A DNA stretch of 64,000 bases from Chlorokybus atmophyticus (taxonomy: Eukaryota > Plantae > Mesostigma and Chlorokybus algae): contig RHPI01003728.1 in the NCBI GenBank assembly GCA_009103225.1, positions 7,719-71,718 of the forward strand, given 5' to 3'. The notes beneath the pieces are model-generated. The model did no database searches. It was not told the DNA's origin and was given only the letters and a program-made list of their open reading frames with translations. Positions 62,721 to 64,000 of the stretch are shown in pieces. Position numbers and translations under genes: made by a program. Position 1 is the first letter of the stretch. The number at the start of each line of letters is the position of its first letter.

Positions 62721-63497
62721 GTAGACCGCAAGTTTTGAACGGATCGTTATCTTCAAAAGTGTACTGCAGTGGACGGTGTTACTGTGCATCTGCGGCTGTG
62801 TCAGATGTCGTGTGCCCTTCACAGTGGTTTCCATAAGATGTTACTTGCAGATGATGAAGTCAAACAAGCATCTGGCATGTGAGTCACAAGTCGTCACCTA
62901 TGCATTTATCTAACAAGCTGTGCCGCACATGCATAGGGTATACCCAGGGGCCAACACACTCACACTCAGTACTCAAAGTGCCAAGACTTGCACCATGCAT
63001 ACGCACACGAAGCAAGGCAGTAGTACAAGCCCAAGTGATCACAAACACTGCAAGTACAGCAAGAACGGCAAGTACTGCACAGTGCCAAGGGCTGGCCCAA
63101 GCCCCTAACAACTGAGTGTGCTGACACAACAAACGACCAACACAACCAACAACCAGCAGAAGACAGCAAAGGCAGGCTGTGGCAGCGGCGCAGACAACAA
63201 CCACAGCTTGCATGATCCCCCACCTATCACAGCAGCGCCACCAGTTAGCAGTTAGCAGCTGCCAGAAGAGGGCGGTGGCAACTGAGCCACGGGAGGATAC
63301 GAGTATGCGAATTAGGAATTGCCCGCCACTGCAGTTTTGAAACGATCCGTGCTGACTCACACGACGCAAACACCAACACCAGCATATGTGTTTTTCCTAA
63401 ACACTAATATTTCAACAGAGCACAAGACAATCAGTTCGTGTCCATGCCTACACTATTACACAACTGCACGCACGTGCATGCAGTGATACAACCACGG

Positions 63498-64000
63498 TCA
63501 ACCAACCAACTTCGCCGCTCCTGCCATTGCGGCATCCTCCTCCAGCGTCGGGGCCGACTTCTGCAGCGGGATCCATCCAGGTACGGCCGCCACCGCTGCA
63601 GCTCCTCGCTCCAGCAGGGCCATGCCCTGCGCGCGCTGCAGCGCGCAGGCAACGCGCTGCCTGAATATGGCCACGAAGCCGCTCAAACACGCTGCTGGCA
63701 AACCACGCGTGTACACCGCCTGCCTGGCGCACGTGGTGATGACGTGGGTAAACGCCATCCCAAGCGTGCCGTACGTCTCGGTCGCCAAGGGGAAGACGTC
63801 GTCCGGCGGCGGGTGGTCATGATACTTTCCTCCTCTTCACCATCTCTACCATCTGCAGGTTTCCATGCTACCCTCTATTGTACACTGCATTGCTTGCCCG
63901 GGTTGCTCTCGTATTCAAAACAAAAATCTCTTTTAAGTGTATATACTGACGATATCGCCTCGAGTGTATGCCTTGAGGCATGTCGCTGAGGTGTTACACC
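63498..64000 (-). pseudogene. Relic of the restriction-like endonuclease (RLE) C-terminus of a CRE-like non-LTR retrotransposon
   Basis: KRR(frameshift)KYHDHPPPDDVFPLATETYGTLG...FRQRVACALQRAQG matches the K..KY...F.P.A.ETxG and QRxxxALQR pattern; RGDI lies upstream near 63960; intronless and GC-rich. Confidence 0.55.

Noticed and set aside
62884-63369. 161-aa hydrophobic minus-strand ORF
   Set aside because: No family motif; low-complexity and overlapping the FolD 3' region; cannot be supported.

Overview
Eukaryotic, intron-rich nuclear DNA (GT-AG and GC-AG introns) from the green lineage. The RPS24, RPB1, RAD7-like, EPC-Tudor and plastid-type FolD sequences plus the cilia-linked gene DPCD suggest an early-diverging streptophyte or other flagellate green alga (inference). 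The left 24 kb is accessory or mobile DNA. It holds a spliced OTU-protease gene and a divergent unknown gene followed by a 53-bp palindromic array, then a full-length decayed chromovirus (Ty3/Gypsy; 527-bp LTRs, CACAA TSD) with a Dam-like methyltransferase relic between gag and protease, then an intron-containing Crypton-like tyrosine-recombinase pseudogene with a duplicated terminal hairpin. The right 40 kb is compact housekeeping DNA: RPS24 (two box C/D snoRNAs in intron 1), RPB1, RAD7-like, DPCD, a DBHS-family (NONO/SFPQ/PSPC1-like) RRM-RRM-NOPS gene, a U-box gene, an EPC/Tudor gene, FolD, and a non-LTR endonuclease relic at the right edge. The most striking observation is the DBHS/NOPS gene, a family usually described as animal-specific. 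Family calls rest on manual translation and motif recognition only; no searches were run.
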